This document shows, one piece after another, positions 39,778 through 50,915 of a stretch of DNA of 64,000 bases (positions are counted from its first letter, which is position 1; each line of letters starts with the position of its first letter). Origin of the DNA: Marsupella aquatica (Eukaryota; Plantae; Marchantiophyta); assembly GCA_973895155.1 (NCBI GenBank), contig OZ316898.1:14910330-14974329 (forward strand). The letters are read 5' to 3'. Below the pieces are notes generated by a model. It saw only the letters and a program-made list of their open reading frames with translations. It had not been told where the DNA came from and did not search any database. The position numbers were made by a program, and so were the translations under genes.

Positions 39778-40440
39778 CTAAAAATTGTCACGATTAACAG
39801 GAACACCATTATCAAGTCTTTCTTGAACCTGTTCAATATACCAGTTATCAACACGAGCCCTTTTCCAAGACTCTACTTGCGCTTGCTCAAGACCATATAC
39901 GGAGAGGTAGCAGTCCACTTCCTCTGAAGCACATAACAACCAAGAATCGATCCTTTCATTTAAGATACTATCAGACAACCGACTCCAAACATCGATCGGT
40001 GGGAACGCTCTCACTGAATCTCGAAAGAACAAAGGGGTCACTGTAGGCCATCTTACGCGACAAAATGCTATAGCTGTAGTCATTGCAGCCCATAGTATGG
40101 AGTTTGTTATCAAATGTCTCCATTTCCTGTTGATATGAGCAACTGATCGCACCGTCAGGAAGAGAGTCTTCACTGGATGATGACCATCCCGAACTGGATC
40201 CAAAACTGCAACACCTTCGAGCATTGACCGAATCGGGGGCCAGATGTGCAACTCCACAACCTTATCAGGCAACCCTGGAATCAAGTTACTCACTGGAGGG
40301 TGACATCGTAGGGGATAACGAGGATTCCAAATGCAAGCACGGTCTTGTTCCTTACTAGCCAGAAGCGTCCGCAATTCCAATCTAAGCTTTTGTTGTGTCC
40401 TATCAATCAAAAGCTCACGTTCGCCTGCGCTGCGATCCAT
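39778..40440 (-). CDS. Split F-box-like protein B2
   Basis: LIPGLPDKVVELHIWPPI ... VAHINRKWRHLITNSILW. Probable start is MDRSAG at 40440. Confidence 0.7.
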   Translation of the reverse strand: MDRSAGERELLIDRTQQKLRLELRTLLASKEQDRACIWNPRYPLRCHPPVSNLIPGLPDKVVELHIWPPIRSMLEGVAVLDPVRDGHHPVKTLFLTVRSVAHINRKWRHLITNSILWAAMTTAIAFCRVRWPTVTPLFFRDSVRAFPPIDVWSRLSDSILNERIDSWLLCASEEVDCYLSVYGLEQAQVESWKRARVDNWYIEQVQERLDNGVPVNRDNF

Positions 40441-40589
40441 AGTAAGTTTGTAACAAAAAAACATGCCTAATCTGAGAGCGGGCCGATGGTCTACCCTCCT
40501 ATTGTGACCCTTTCCATAGCAAACCCTAAACACTAAACTGACAAGGACAACGGATACATAATATCGGTCACATAAAATGGTCATTTATC

Positions 40590-41700
40590 CTAAACCCTAA
40601 ACCCTAAACCCTAGGCCCAAAACAAGTGACCCTATTTGGCTGTTTGGTAAATGTCGGCGAGGGTCTCTAAAATACAATGTCGGCGAGGATCTCCAAGATA
40701 CAATAAGGAAGGAAACCTGTTCATGTCGGTGGAGGTCGCCCAGATCAGACAATACCGGCATTTGATACAAGTTTGTCGACCTCAAAGTCAAGATTGGTTG
40801 GTCATTTTTCCTAAACCCTAAACCCTAGGCCCAACATAGGTGACCCTATTCAGCTGTTTGGTAAATGTCGGCGAGGGTCTCCGAAATACAATGTCGGCGA
40901 GGGTCTCTGAAATATCAGCGAGGGTCTCAGTAATACAATGTCTGCGAGGGTCTCCGAGATACAATGAGGAAGGAAACCTGTTCATGTTGGCGGAGGTCGC
41001 CGAGATCAAACAATACCGACATTTGATACAAGTTTGTCGACCTCAAAGTCAAGATTGGTTGGTCATTTTTCCTAAACCCTAAACCCTAGGCCCAACACAG
41101 GTAACCCTATTCAGCTGTTTGGTAAATGTCGATGAGGGTCTCCAAAATACAATGTCGGCAAGGGTCTCCGAAATACCCTGTCAGCGAGGGTCTCAGTAAT
41201 ACAATGTCGGTGAGGGTCTCCGAAATACCCTGTTAACAAGGGTCTCAGTAATACAATATTGGTGAGGGTCTCCGAGATACAATGAGGAAGGAAACCTGTT
41301 CATGTTGGCGGAGGTCGCCGAGATCAGACAATACCGGCATTTGATACAAGGTTACCGACCTCAGAGTCAAAATTGGTTGGTTAACACATTCATCCATTCA
41401 TAGGAACCGTTGATACATAATATCGGTCACATAAAACCACGTCTTTTTTCCTGAACCCTAAACCCTAGTCCCAAAATAGGTAACCCTATTCGGCTATTTG
41501 GTAAATGTCGGCGAGGGTCTCCAAAATACAATGTCGGCGATGGTCTCCGAGATACAATGAGGAAGGATACAATGAGGAAGGAAACCCTATTCGGCTATTT
41601 GGTAAATGTCGGCGAGGGTCTCCGAGATACAATGTCGGCGATGGTCTCCGAAATACAATGTCGGCGGAGGTCGCCGAGATCAGACAATACCCGCATTTGA
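40590..41700. repeat. Higher-order array: AAACCCTAGGCCCA blocks plus 23-bp TACAATGTCGGCGAGGGTCTCCGAAA subrepeats
   Basis: About 4 higher-order units of variable length, each with several motif-B copies. Confidence 0.88.
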
Positions 41701-44700
41701 TACAAGGTTGCTGACCTCAGTTAGAGTCAAGATTGGTTGGTTAACACATTGATCCATGTCGATATTCCTTTTGAAGATGTTTGCAAAGCACCAGTACAAG
41801 TGCTTGCACGGGAAGTAGGCTCTTCCCATAGACTCCCTGTACATGAAATCCTTGCAGGAGCAACTTGGGAAGACACAGATCTGTACGCAATGTATTGAAG
41901 TTTGGCCCCTGCAAGTGTTGTTCACCATGAGCCTCACGCCTGTAGCATTCCCTGTTTTGATTCTCCTCATTGATGTGCACACAATTGCCTCGGTCTTAGA
42001 ATTACGGATACGTGTGGCAGCATACTTGGAGGTGTCTGACCTCCTTCGCCTTGCCTGGCCATTGCGTCGAGTACCACGCTCATTAGGCATTGTAGGATCT
42101 ATCCGCTCTGGGTATGTGTTCAAATCCATTATGATGTCGCCAGCACTCACCAATTCATTCATAACATCTTCACCAAAAATGACGTCCACTCCATTGTTGT
42201 GCAAGAACAGGACCTCTTCTTCTGTAAGATTAGTTCCACGAGAGACAGGAAACTTTGAAGGCAGTGGTGGTAAAACACCGGTAATAAATGGCAAAGATGA
42301 TTTTGTGCAACACTGGTTGTTTGGGCAAAACCAATACGGATATGGAACACCTAGTTCATTAAATTTACTCCCAGCCAGCCAACAGATACCGACAACGCCT
42401 AATCCGCTTACTTTTAGTCCTGCCTCTCTGATAAATTGAGCACATACTCCCCGTTCCTTGCCTTTGAATGCACCTCGACAACCGGGACTCTTACCAATCG
42501 TTGAGATGCGAGCCAAAAAGAACATGCCTGGAACCAAATCACTTTCCTGAACACGTCTTCTCACGGGCTCCGGACGTGGGGTTGACCTCGTCCTTCGGGG
42601 TTCCACAATGACAACATCTGGTTCGCCCGAGCCATGAGAGCCATCGGATGACAGATCCACAACTTCAGCATCCTGGCTTTTCAAGTTTGCATCCCTATTT
42701 GCAATCCCCCTGAACTTCCTCTTCTTTGGTCTGGTTACCAAAACAATGTCAGGCCGGTGGGAATCTTCTACTACAACATGATGGCCAGCAGCGGCCTTCC
42801 CGCGTTTCATCGGAACCTTTTCTACATCTCCGCTAAGTGGGTCCGCGGATGAGAACTCACGCAAGTGTGGTTGAGTTACAGCGGTGTTCAATTTTGGAAA
42901 GAAAGATTCTACATTCCCAACGGCAGTAGCATCTCAAAGTCGAAGTTCAAACAAGCTCGGTCCCCGTCCTTTCCTCCCACTAAGTTTGTAGTTCTTCAAA
43001 GCTCCATTCTGGCTCAACGCGCGAGATGCATCCAGGGTACAAGATTGTACTAACCCAACCTTTGTACTAGATGAGGATTTACGCATAGATGCGTGTACCG
43101 ACTCTGCCCCACTGTGGTTAGGCATGAGTGCTGCCTTTTCTCTGTCCATCTCCTGCAATATTGTTCCAGAAAACATATCAATTTTGGTCATTTGTTATGT
43201 TCTAGGCAACAGACAAAATAGGTGTATCAGAGCGTATCTCGGAGAGCTTCGCCGAGATTCGACGTGTTGACGGATATCATGCATAGGGAGGGAAAGTGTT
43301 AAGACACTTACGAGTCTCAAAAAGTTTCCCCATTGAGAAAACCGAACAATCCACCAAGACATCCACGTGGTGAGCTCCTTTGCTTTTCCTGGTAGCGCAT
43401 TGCCCTCATTCCACCACGTTTTCAGCTTCTCAAAAACTCGATAGGCAAGAACTATATTACCGGCGTGCCGAAGTGAATCCAACAATTCTTTATGCTCGAA
43501 TCTCTTACTTGGGACAATGTGCTTCTGCATTCTCTGTACTGATTGGGCCCAGTGAAATGCATCACACCTCTCTCTATGGGAATTTACCTTTCCATCCCAA
43601 AATTCATTGCGGATCGCATTCCACCCAGCAGCAGCATTATCAGCCATAAATCCACAAAACTGCACATTCTTCAGCCCATGTTCTTCACATACCCTCCTCA
43701 TGACCTTCCATGCAGTTTGCAATGACTTGCTGTCTTATGAAACTAGCTCACAGACAAAGATGGTGCATAAGCCTCGATAGAAATGGTCATATACGTGTGC
43801 AGACATAGTGCACCATCTATTGTCAAGTATGCGGTGCATGACATCAGACATCACCCAAGAATGCTCAAGATCCCCTCCTGGCTGCATTCTTCGAACAAGG
43901 TCCACTCCTGACCCGGGACCTTTTGTACTCATTTTAAAAATGTGCGGCCGCTCATTTGTTCCCACGTTCTGGGCTGGGAACAAAACACTTTGGATAAAAG
44001 GAAATTCAGTCTGCTTCCGCATCTCTAGTATCATGCTTACATCAGACGACACATGAGAGTATCTCTTGATGCTCCTGATCATCGAGCGGAAAACAGATTC
44101 GTCGCCCAGAATGGCCAACATTTCATCAAGGTCGTTTGCCTCCTCAGTGGTGACCATCTCAGCCACTGGGTCCTCAAAAATATCTTTAAGTTTTTGTACT
44201 GCTTCGACCTTGATCACAGACGGCCGTGCAGTAGGACTCCTCTTCAGTTCCTCCTCCACGAGATTACGCACAAGTGATCTTTGATCTTTGTTGTGCGTGA
44301 ACATTGCGGGATTGGTGTGATTTCCAACATGCATGGCAACACGAGACTTGTGACAGTAATTAAGGTCGTCCTTGGTTGGAGTGATGTAGTACATCTCACT
44401 TGGGCATCCAGCTATACACCTAGGAGGCCTCCTGCATAAGCTACAAATTACACTTGATGGGGGAACGTCGCATCCAACAGGGAAAGGCAGCTCATTTGTG
44501 CCTGCTCGATCTCGGGTCCACTTTGCAGAATTGTGCTCTTTGCGCTCTTCAAAATTCTCACAATCCCTATGCATACAACGCAGAGAACCCAAACACTTCA
44601 CAGTTTGGATCTTGTAAGAGTGACTGTTGTTGTTTAGCTTTGGGCCGATATTTGCTCCTGTCTCAATCAACCTGCTCCACATGTAACAATCATTCTTTCG

Positions 44701-45994
44701 CTCCATGCCCAAAAAGAAACACCCCTTCGAGTATGGACCTGTAAAAGGTGGCAACTCAAAAACATGGTCTCCATCATACACTTCTGGTAATCGTTGAACT
44801 CTCTCCGGCAATTTTGTGCTCAAAATCTTACGAGCAGCTTGTACACATCGAGAGGTCCTTTTCCCGTGTAGCATGGCATGAACAACACTGACAAGGAACT
44901 CATCCTTCCATACTGAATTGCCTTCTCAAAGACCCTCTCTGAGAAGGAATGCCTTTGATCGAGGTGTCTCCTTTGGTGGAGTATAAGCAGCTCCTCGATC
45001 CTCCCAAAATTGGGATGATGTAGACTCGGGTGTATTCGTCCGAGAAGGTTCACCATCTTGAAGACCCCCTCTAAGATTGAATGCACTTGATCGAGATTTC
45101 TCTTTCACTGGTGTATCACCATCTCCAAGATCCTCCCACATTTGGAATGAATTGGACCCAGGTGTACTTGTCCGAGGAGGTTCACCATCTCGAAGACCCC
45201 CTCTGAGATTAAATGCACTTGATCGAGGTTTCTCTTTCACTGGTGTATCACCATCTCCAAGATCCTCCCACATTTGGAATGAATTGGACCCAGGTGTACT
45301 TGTCCAAGGAGGTTCACCATCTCGAAGACCCCCTCTGAGATTGAATGCACTTGATCGACGTTTCTCCTTCACTGGTGTATCCACATCTCCAACATCTTCC
45401 CACATATGGAATGAATTTGACCGAGGTGTACTCAATCGAGAAGGTTCACCATGTCGAAAACCCCCTCTGAGATTGATTGCGCTGGGTCGAGGTGTCTCCT
45501 TCACTGGCTCATCTGCCTCTCCAACATCCTGCCACACTGGCGACGAATTTGAGTGGGGTCTACCAACTCGGTGAATGTCCTCCCAAAATTGGGACGATTT
45601 CTGACACGGTGTATTGTTCCATAATTCACTCGGTTCATCAATCTATGGGGAGTGTGCAAAATCTCCAAGACCTTCACTAACATTGCATGAACTTGCTTTC
45701 TTTTTGCAGATAGTATAGGACACGCCACATTTCAGATACCACTCTCGCTCATCTCCATCGCCTTTGGATTCAGCAGAAGTGGACAGCCCATCTTCTCTCG
45801 TAAATCATGAAATCCCCTACCTTCAAACCAAATCGGCTTGCTACTTCATGCTCCTTAGTGACTCGAACACTGTCTCCCTCAATCTGACGAAAAACAACAA
45901 CATCCCCGGTTACTGATCGGATTATCACAAGAGAAGCCATGTGTCCCAAATCCACACTGGGAATGTTAGTCCCCAGGCCTTCGGCTTTATACAT
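41680..45994 (-). pseudogene. MULE-family DDE transposase with GCM/WRKY-like Zn domain and C-terminal SWIM finger
   Basis: CLGSLRC...C...C..C...HVGNH; WVMSDVMH, FMADNAAAGWNAI, RCDAFHW, NHSGAESVH; SWIM CSCKDF...CKH. Intron 43202-43311; several stops. Confidence 0.82.
44930..45540 (-). repeat. 120-bp coding minisatellite (~5 x 40 aa) in the transposase N-terminus
   Basis: SSAFNLRGGLRDGEPPRTSTPGSNSFQMWEDLGDGDTPVKEKPR repeated. Confidence 0.9.
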
Positions 45995-46408
45995 CAGACG
46001 TTAAAGTCTTGGTACCACTTTATGCCAATAATACCGCACTTTCAGGCTTAGAACTTGGGCGGTACATTAGACGTTAAAGTACCCGTACTTTATGCCAAGA
46101 ATACCGTTCCGGACAACGTGCGTACCATATAACGATTGTAGAATCTGGAGCGTACATATAACAATTGTACCACAAAGAAGGTACCTATTTGCTAGCGGCC
46201 GCCAAGAAGGTATAGATTCTACACATGTACAAGGTACATATTTGCCAGCAGCCACCAAGAAGGTACATGCAAACTCTGGGGATGTAGTATATTCTCCAAG
46301 ATTCCATCTGACCTTGCCTAAAACATTTCTTCTTCTTCCGTCGTGTGGCTTATAATCCCCTCTGCAAATATGCCTGACTTGAAGGATGAATAAATAGCCT
46401 TCCGACTT

Positions 46409-48630
46409 CCTACTCGGCGAGGGTCTCTGACATGCGGTCGCGCTATCTGGCGAGCCTCTTTGTGGTGGATTAGGGACTTCCTCGGTCGTTGAGTGTCATT
46501 TACTTTTCATCCCAAGTCATTCTCGGCGGGGGTCTCCGAGATTCTGAGATGGATTCTCATAGACTTTTATCTAGAATCCTACTCAGCGAGGGTGTCTAAC
46601 ATGCGGTCGCGCTATCTAGCGAGCCTCTTTGTGGTGGATTAGGGACTTCCTCGATCGTTGAGTGTCATTTACTTTTCATCCCAAGTCATTCTCGGCGGGG
46701 GTCTCCGAGATTCTGAGATGGATTCTCATAGACTTTTATCTAGAATCCTACTCGGCGAGGGTCTCTGACATGCGGTCGCGCTATCTGGTGAGCCTCTCTG
46801 TGGTGGATTAGGGACTTCCTTGGTCGGTGAGTGTCATTTACTTTTCATCCCAAGTCATTCTCGGCGGGGGTCTTCGAGATTCTAAGATGGATTCTCATAG
46901 ACTTTTACCTAGAATCCTACTCGGCGAGGGTGTCTGACATGCGGTCGCGCTATCTGGCGAGCCTCTTTGTGGTGGATTAGGAACTTCCTTGGTCGCTGAG
47001 TGTCATTTACTTTTCATCCTAAGTCATTCTCGGCGGGGGTCTCTGAGATTCTAAGATGGATTCTCATAGACTTTTACCTAGAATCCTACTTGGCGAGGGT
47101 CTCTGACATGCGGTCGCGCTATCTGGCGAGCCTCTCTGTGGTGGATTAGGGACTTCCTCGGTCGCTGAGTGTCATTTACTTTTCATCCCAAGTCATTCTC
47201 GGCGGGGGTCTCCCAGATTTTGAGATGGATTCTCATAGACTTTTACCTAGAATCCTACTCGGCGAGGGTCTCTGACATGCGGTCGCGCTATCTGGCGAGC
47301 CTCTTTGTGGTGGATTAGGGACTTCCTTGGTCGTTGAGTGTCATTTACTTTTCATCCCAAGTCATTCTCGGCGGGGGTCTTCGAGATTCTGAGATGGATT
47401 CTCATAGACTTTTATCTAGAATCCTACTCGGCGAGGGTCTCTGACATGCGGTCGCACTATCTGGCGAGCCTCTCTGTGGTGGATTAGGGACTTCCTTGGT
47501 CGCTGAGTGTCATTTACTTTTCATCCCAAGTCATTCTCGGCGGGGGTCTTCGAGATTCTAAGATGGATTCTCATAGACTTTTACCTAGAATCCTACTCGG
47601 CGAGGGTGTCTGACATGCGGTCGCGCTATCTGGCAAGCCTCTTTGTGGTGGATTAGGAACTTTCTTGGTCGTTGAGTGTCATTTACTTTTCATCCCAAGT
47701 CATTCTCGGCGGGGGTCTCTGAGATTCTAAGATGGATTCTCATAGACTTTTACCTAGAATCCTACTTGGCGAGGGTCTCTGACATGCGGTCGCGCTATCT
47801 GGCGAGCCTCTTTGTGGTGGATTAGGGACTTCCTCGGTCGCTGAGTGTCATTTACTTTTCATCCCAAGTCATTCTCGGCGGGGGTCTCCCAGATTCTGAG
47901 ATGGATTCTCATAGACTTTTACCTAGAATCCTACTCGGCGAGGGTCTCTGACATGCGGTCGCGCTATCTGGCGAGCCTCTTTGTGGTGGATTAGGGACTT
48001 CCTCGGTCGCTGAGTGTCATTTACTTTTCATCCCAAGTCATTCTCGGCGGGGGTCTCTGAGATTCTAAGATGGATTCTCATAGACTTTTACCTAGAATCC
48101 TACTCGACAAGGGTCTCTGACATGCGGTCGTGCTATCTGGCGAGCCTCTCTATGGTGGATTAGGGACTTCCTCAGTCGCTGAGTGTCATTTACTTTTCAT
48201 CCCAAGTCATTCTTGGTGGGGGTCTCCGAGATTCTAAGATGGATTCTCATAGACTTTTACCTAGAATCCTACTTGGCGAGGGTCTCTGACATGCAGTCGC
48301 GCTATCTGGCGAGCCTCTCTGTGGTGGATTAGGGACTTCCTCGGTCGCTGAGTGTCATTTACTTTTCATCCCAAGTCATTCTCGGCGGGGGTCTCCGAGA
48401 TTCTGAGATGGATTCTCATAGACTTTTACCTAGAATCCTACTCGGCGAGGGTCTCTGACATGCGGTCGCGCTATCTGGCGAGCCTCTCTGTGGTGGATTA
48501 GGGACTTCCTCGGTCGCTGAGTGTCATTTACTTTTCATCCCAAGTCATTCTCGGCGGGGGTCTCCCAGATTCTGAGATGGATTCTCATAGACTTTTACCT
48601 AGAATCCTACTCGGCGAGGGTCTTTGACAT
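46409..48630. repeat. 169-bp tandem satellite, 13 copies, at least two motif-B sites per unit
   Basis: CCTACTCGGCGAGGG at 46409, 46578, 46747, 46916 ... 48606 (13 x 169). Confidence 0.97.
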
Positions 48631-48839
48631 TTAGTTTCCACCCTAAATTATTCTCGGTGGGGGTCTCTGAGATGGACTCGGGTCATTTGGGCAACAATAT
48701 TTGTACTCGGCGAGCCTCTCTGAGATGGTAGATTTGTACGGACACGCGATCCATACAAAATTACATTGTAAAAACATTGAAAAGTACTGTACGGTCAGTT
48801 TTTGCATGCACTTTTTTGTTCATCCTTGTATTTTGGCTA

Positions 48840-49845
48840 GGGTCTGACATCGAATGTGGGATAGAACCAATTTGGGTCCTTCATTTGAAACGGAATACCC
48901 TTAATTTCATCTCGGAGAGGGTCTCTGAGAGACACAGTGTATGTTGTAGCTAACCCTTTGAAACTGTTAACAGGGTCAACAAGTGGTGGCATCTGGCCAA
49001 AGTACGCCGACGACTCCATCTCAGAGAGGGTCACCGAGAGGCTGGGTCTCATTTGGCGACCTTTCTGAGCCAATATGCGATCTGGGAGAACTGCTCTCTA
49101 GCCACTTGGGGCACACGACTCCATCTCAGAGAGGGTCTCCGAGCGATTGGGTTGCAATCTCGCTTCCCTTTCCACCCAAGACGCGATTGACAATTTTTGC
49201 CGTTAGGCCGTTTGGGCCACACCACTCCATCTCAGAGAGGGTCTCTGACATTGGATGTTGGATAGAACCATTTTGGGTCCTTCCTTTGAAACGGAATACC
49301 CTTAATTTCATCTCGGAGAGGGTCTCTGAGAGACACAGTGTATGTTGTAGCTAACCCTTTGAAACTGCTAACAGGGTCCACAAGTGGTGTCATCTGGCCA
49401 AAGTACGCCCACGACTCCATCTCAGAGAGGGTCTTCGAGAGGCTGGGTCTCATTTGGCGACCTTTCTGACCCAATATGCGATCTGGGAGAACTGCTCTCT
49501 GGCCACTTGGGGCACACGGCTCCATCTCAGAGAGGGTCTCCGAGCGATTGGGTTGCAATCTCGCTTCCCTTTCCACCCAAGACGCGATTGACAATTTTTG
49601 CCGTCAGGCCGTTTGGGCCACACCACTCCATCTCAGAGAGGGTCTCTGACATCGGATGTTGGATAGAACCAATTTGGGTCCTTCCTTTGAAACGGAATAC
49701 CCTTAATTTCATCTCGGAGAGGGTCTCTGAGAGACACAGTGTATGTTGTAGCTAACCCTTTGAAACTGTTAACAGGGTCCACAAGTGGTGTCATCTGGCC
49801 AAAGTACGCCCACAACTCCATCTCAGAGAGGGTCTCCGAGAGGCT
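48840..49845. repeat. 401-bp tandem repeat, 2.5 copies, ~4 motif-B sites per unit
   Basis: ATAGAACC at 48861, 49262 and 49663. CTCCATCTCAGAGAGGGTCTCCGAG recurs inside each unit. Confidence 0.95.
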
Positions 49846-49929
49846 AGCAACCTTTTTGACCCAAGAAGCGTACTTTTCTACCGTGAAGTTCGCTAGAGTG
49901 TTGGACTTTTTTCTACTTCTCATATTTTA

Positions 49930-49965
49930 CCCTAAACCGTAAACCGTAAACCCTAAACCCTAAAC
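49930..49965. promoter_or_regulatory. Telo-box-like (CCCTAAA)n tract upstream of cargo gene B
   Basis: CCTAAACCGTAAACCGTAAACCCTAAACCCTAAA. Confidence 0.45.
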
Positions 49966-50915
49966 ATAATTGGCCACCTTTATTAAGTCTCCTCCAACAA
50001 ACCCTCCTTGATCTTGTTGACTTGTGCTCTTCCATTTCCTCTTTGAGCTGACGCACCGAGATGTTGACACATCTCAGTAGGCCTCGGAATGAAATGACAG
50101 CAAGGATCTCCTACATTCGGACTCATTTGAGTTGTAGGCCGAAGTCCCTAATTGTACCCTAAATGTATCCTAAACTCTCTCGTACTAGTGGTGGTCAGTA
50201 CTCGCGTTAGCATTGTGTACTTTCTTGTTTGGGCCATTAACATGTACGTATCGAAATATAGTTAGGATCTCCCGTATCTATTGCGTACTTTAGTGTTGTG
50301 CAATACGTGCAGTACGTTATTCCTTGAAGTGGATGTCGTTCCTTCCTCGTCACTCTTCCACGGTGTGACACCTTAGGTTTGGCGCTCGTCTTTATCACTA
50401 ATCCTCGGACCTTCTCACTCTGCCTCACTCTTTTGCGTCCCTTACTCGTTCGCGCTCTAATTCGCGCTCTTCCTCAATCTTCGCATATTGGTCTGTGCAA
50501 TCTCTCACTTCTCCGCGCTCACATCCGCGTTGTTCCTGCTCTTCTTCAGTCGTCCCACTCACGGTAAACTCTCCTGTGCAACCCTGTTATCATGTCTACT
50601 AGATTGCGTTGGTGTTTTGAGGCAGTGAGCGTGTGGTAGCTTCTCCGTGAGCGTTTAGGCAACATTTTCTTGTGCGCATTTGCGACAGTGATTTTTAGTG
50701 AACGTTGGTGATTCTCTCAGGTTTTTCTCTTGGCTCCCCCTTTTTCTTGATATGTAAAATCCATTTGTAGATGAATCAAATGTGTGAGAGGCTGGACCCC
50801 ATGTATCCTTGAAAACTGGCTCTCTCGGCGGGGCTCGTTGAGATCTTGTCAGGTTTATAGGTCGAGCTATTGCCAAGTAATAACTCTTTCATTTCTCATG
50901 TAATCTAAGGTCAAA

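Noticed and set aside
48837-49942. Short ORFs in the 401-bp array (and likewise in the 40-bp and 23-bp arrays)
   Set aside because: By-products of tandem repeats with no protein-like features.
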